The notes beneath the pieces are model-generated. The model saw nothing but the letters and a program-made list of their open reading frames with translations. It had not been told where the DNA came from and searched no databases. A program made the translations under genes and the position numbers. A stretch of 62,684 nucleotides of DNA, filler included, from an uncultured Planctomycetaceae bacterium (GTDB lineage Bacteria > Planctomycetota > Planctomycetia > Planctomycetales > Planctomycetaceae): assembly GCA_963976765.1 (NCBI GenBank). It is 8 parts of 8 records of this genome, joined end to end, with 100 filler letters (N's around TTAATTAATTAA, not from the genome) between each part and the next. Parts side by side here need not be neighbours in the genome. Positions count along the whole stretch, not along the records: positions 57,076 to 62,684 come from CAXBME010000079.1; 7 more parts are not named here. The stretch is one strand, 5' to 3'. The first letter of the stretch is position 1. Each line of letters starts with the position of its first letter. This document shows positions 60,888 to 62,684 of the stretch, one piece after another.

Positions 60888-61217
60888 CGCTGTTTCTGTC
60901 CGAAGAGGCAGATCAATTTGAAAAATGTTCGAGAGCAAAGCGTCAGAAACCGTCTCGTATCACGCCGATTCTTTGTTTGCCGGAGTTCCTGCTTTTCAAT
61001 CTGGAAGTATGGATGGAATTCTGACGGATGAATCTCTGGCGAATCCGTTTCTTTTGCGAAACACGATTTGCCGGCTTTCCAATCTCGAACTACGTTTGAA
61101 CGCTCGGGTGAATTTCGCTCGTCACATCGACCCATTGAAAGTCTGGCAGTCTATCTGCTGGCTGGCTGATCGGTGCCTCGTTGATCTCCAGAAATGTTTG
61201 CCAGAAGGAACATCGTA

Positions 61218-61475
61218 ATGAACGTGTCTGCCCTCCAACAGCCGGGTGAATCGACTCAGACTTTCGAAGATCGACGAAACGGTAGCGGCGAAGCTCGACC
61301 GGCAGGTCTGCCGGAGCGACGTCAGTTTCGCGACGCTCGAAACTACTCCAACCCCGAAGCGGCCGAGCTGGGCGATGCCATTGACCAGTACAAAATGGAC
61401 AATTGCCGTCGGTTTATCACGTGGGACGAACTGTACAACGTGATCACGAACCTCGGCTACGAGAAGAAAAAGTAA
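61218..61475 (+). CDS. Small hypothetical protein
   Basis: AAGGA RBS; ERRQF...AELGDAIDQYK...RRFITWDE...LGY. Confidence 0.65.
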   Translation: MNVSALQQPGESTQTFEDRRNGSGEARPAGLPERRQFRDARNYSNPEAAELGDAIDQYKMDNCRRFITWDELYNVITNLGYEKKK

Positions 61476-61672
61476 CGAAGCGAAAGTCGTTGCCGGAAAT
61501 TCCGGATTCAGATTTCTGAACCCGTACGCGTTTCGAAACGACTGGAGCACTTGTGGACTTCGTTTTCAGTGTTCTGCAGGAGGGCCACTAGGGAAACAAT
61601 GGCTATTTCGAGTGCCAGCTCCTGCACAGAAACCCAGAAAATGGTCTGAAACGCTGCTCGCCCTGATTCAAC

Positions 61673-61719
61673 AAAAGCTGCAACCTCGACAGGAATCTCC
61701 TGTCGAGGTTGCAGCTTTT
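61673..61719. terminator. Perfect 22-bp hairpin (terminator-like)
   Basis: AAAAGCTGCAACCTCGACAGGA-ATC-TCCTGTCGAGGTTGCAGCTTTT. Confidence 0.65.
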
Positions 61720-61771
61720 TTCGTATCCGGCGAGAACGAGCATTCTGGTCACAACGGGTTAGAATCAGGTC

Positions 61772-61978
61772 ATGGAAAACGTCGACTGGCAACTGACAGC
61801 TGTTTTGATCTGCGTCGCAGCGGCGATGTGGTCGATGGTGGCCCGGCTCCGAAATCTCATCGCCGGCAAAGGCGGATGCGGAGATTGCTCAAAAGCGAAG
61901 CCGCCCACCGCTGAATCGGATGAGCCGAAGCTCATCTCAGAAGACCAGATTGCAATTCTTTACGAGTCGAAGAAGTAG
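61772..61978 (+). CDS. Small membrane protein with a GCGDC motif (FeoB-associated Cys-rich protein-like)
   Basis: N-terminal TM helix followed by GGCGDCS. Confidence 0.55.
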   Translation: MENVDWQLTAVLICVAAAMWSMVARLRNLIAGKGGCGDCSKAKPPTAESDEPKLISEDQIAILYESKK

Positions 61979-62684
61979 CCAGCGCTGCTTGCTCGTTGAG
62001 TCGCATATCCGGCAACCAGAACTATTGCCGAACCACTATAACCGGACTCCCTGCCAGGCCGATCCGCAATCACGTTTGAATTGATCGCTGCACCAGCTGA
62101 CGTTGGCAGCTGGATTCTGTCGTGGAATCCGGATCTTAAACTGTGCCGGTTGTGCCGATTTGTCGGTGAGTAGCGACTCGGCAGTCTGTTATGGATGGTT
62201 GCGGATTGACGGTTCGTCCGTAAGTGCTGCAATCTCCGATTCAAAGTGCTGTGCCGCTTTCGCTGATCACAAGAGTCCTGCCTGTCGCTCCGCCTCGTAA
62301 CCTGAATATGCGGCAGCACTGGTCGTTTACGACGATCCGACATATCTGGTGGATCGTGATCGTCCGAAGAAAGCGGTAGACGCAGGACATGTGTTGCAAC
62401 ACTCCTGCGAAGCAGGCTGCTGGAACCTGGAGTTCCGTCGCGGCCCACTTTTGAACTCGTGGATGGAGTCTGAAACCGTCGAACGGCCATCCGAATGTTC
62501 CGCCACAGAATCTAACCGGCGAGCAACTTTTGGAATCACCGTTTTCGACGGCGAAGAGTTCTTAGTTCCGTCCCGCAGGAACATCATTCAAGGAGACACT
62601 CGATGTCATTGCGACCGTGGCTTTCAGGATTCCGTGCCCGATTGAACAACACTCGGAGTCGAAGGGTTGTTCGCAGTCGACAGC

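Noticed and set aside
61980..62684. Short ORFs at the end of the window
   Set aside because: No motifs, RBS support or consistent strand; cannot be called.

Overview
This window is not one locus. It consists of eight unrelated contigs joined by 100-bp N linkers containing TTAATTAATTAA, and the contigs decrease in length, so adjacency across linkers means nothing. Gene content suggests a planctomycete genome (inference). Contig 1 (1-9681): CzcCBA-type heavy-metal efflux cluster with His-rich accessory proteins and a tyrosine-recombinase remnant. Contig 2: HEAT-repeat protein, cytochrome c', BshB1-like deacetylase, Cys-rich secreted repeat protein, DUF1080 protein and a GAF sensor truncated by a repeat element. 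Contig 3: glycosyl-/methyl-/sulfotransferase cluster. Contig 4 (27869-36113) is the most interesting. It holds a + strand array of at least 25 CCA-less tRNA genes, many structurally deviant, plus two tRNA-like elements, an embedded small ORF and an HNH nuclease. These are followed by a ~550-nt highly base-paired non-coding RNA candidate containing a tRNA-like domain, a slipin/SPFH gene, and a convergent rbfA-like/rtcB operon preceded by a putative leader-peptide attenuator. Contig 5: integron-type attC cassette array with no visible integrase, PhyH dioxygenase, BamA-like protein and an IS1380 remnant. Contigs 6-7: large FG-GAP/RTX surface proteins. Contig 8: BatA/vWA protein, gpsA and small ORFs. 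All calls were made by eye from motifs and base-pairing; no database searches were run.
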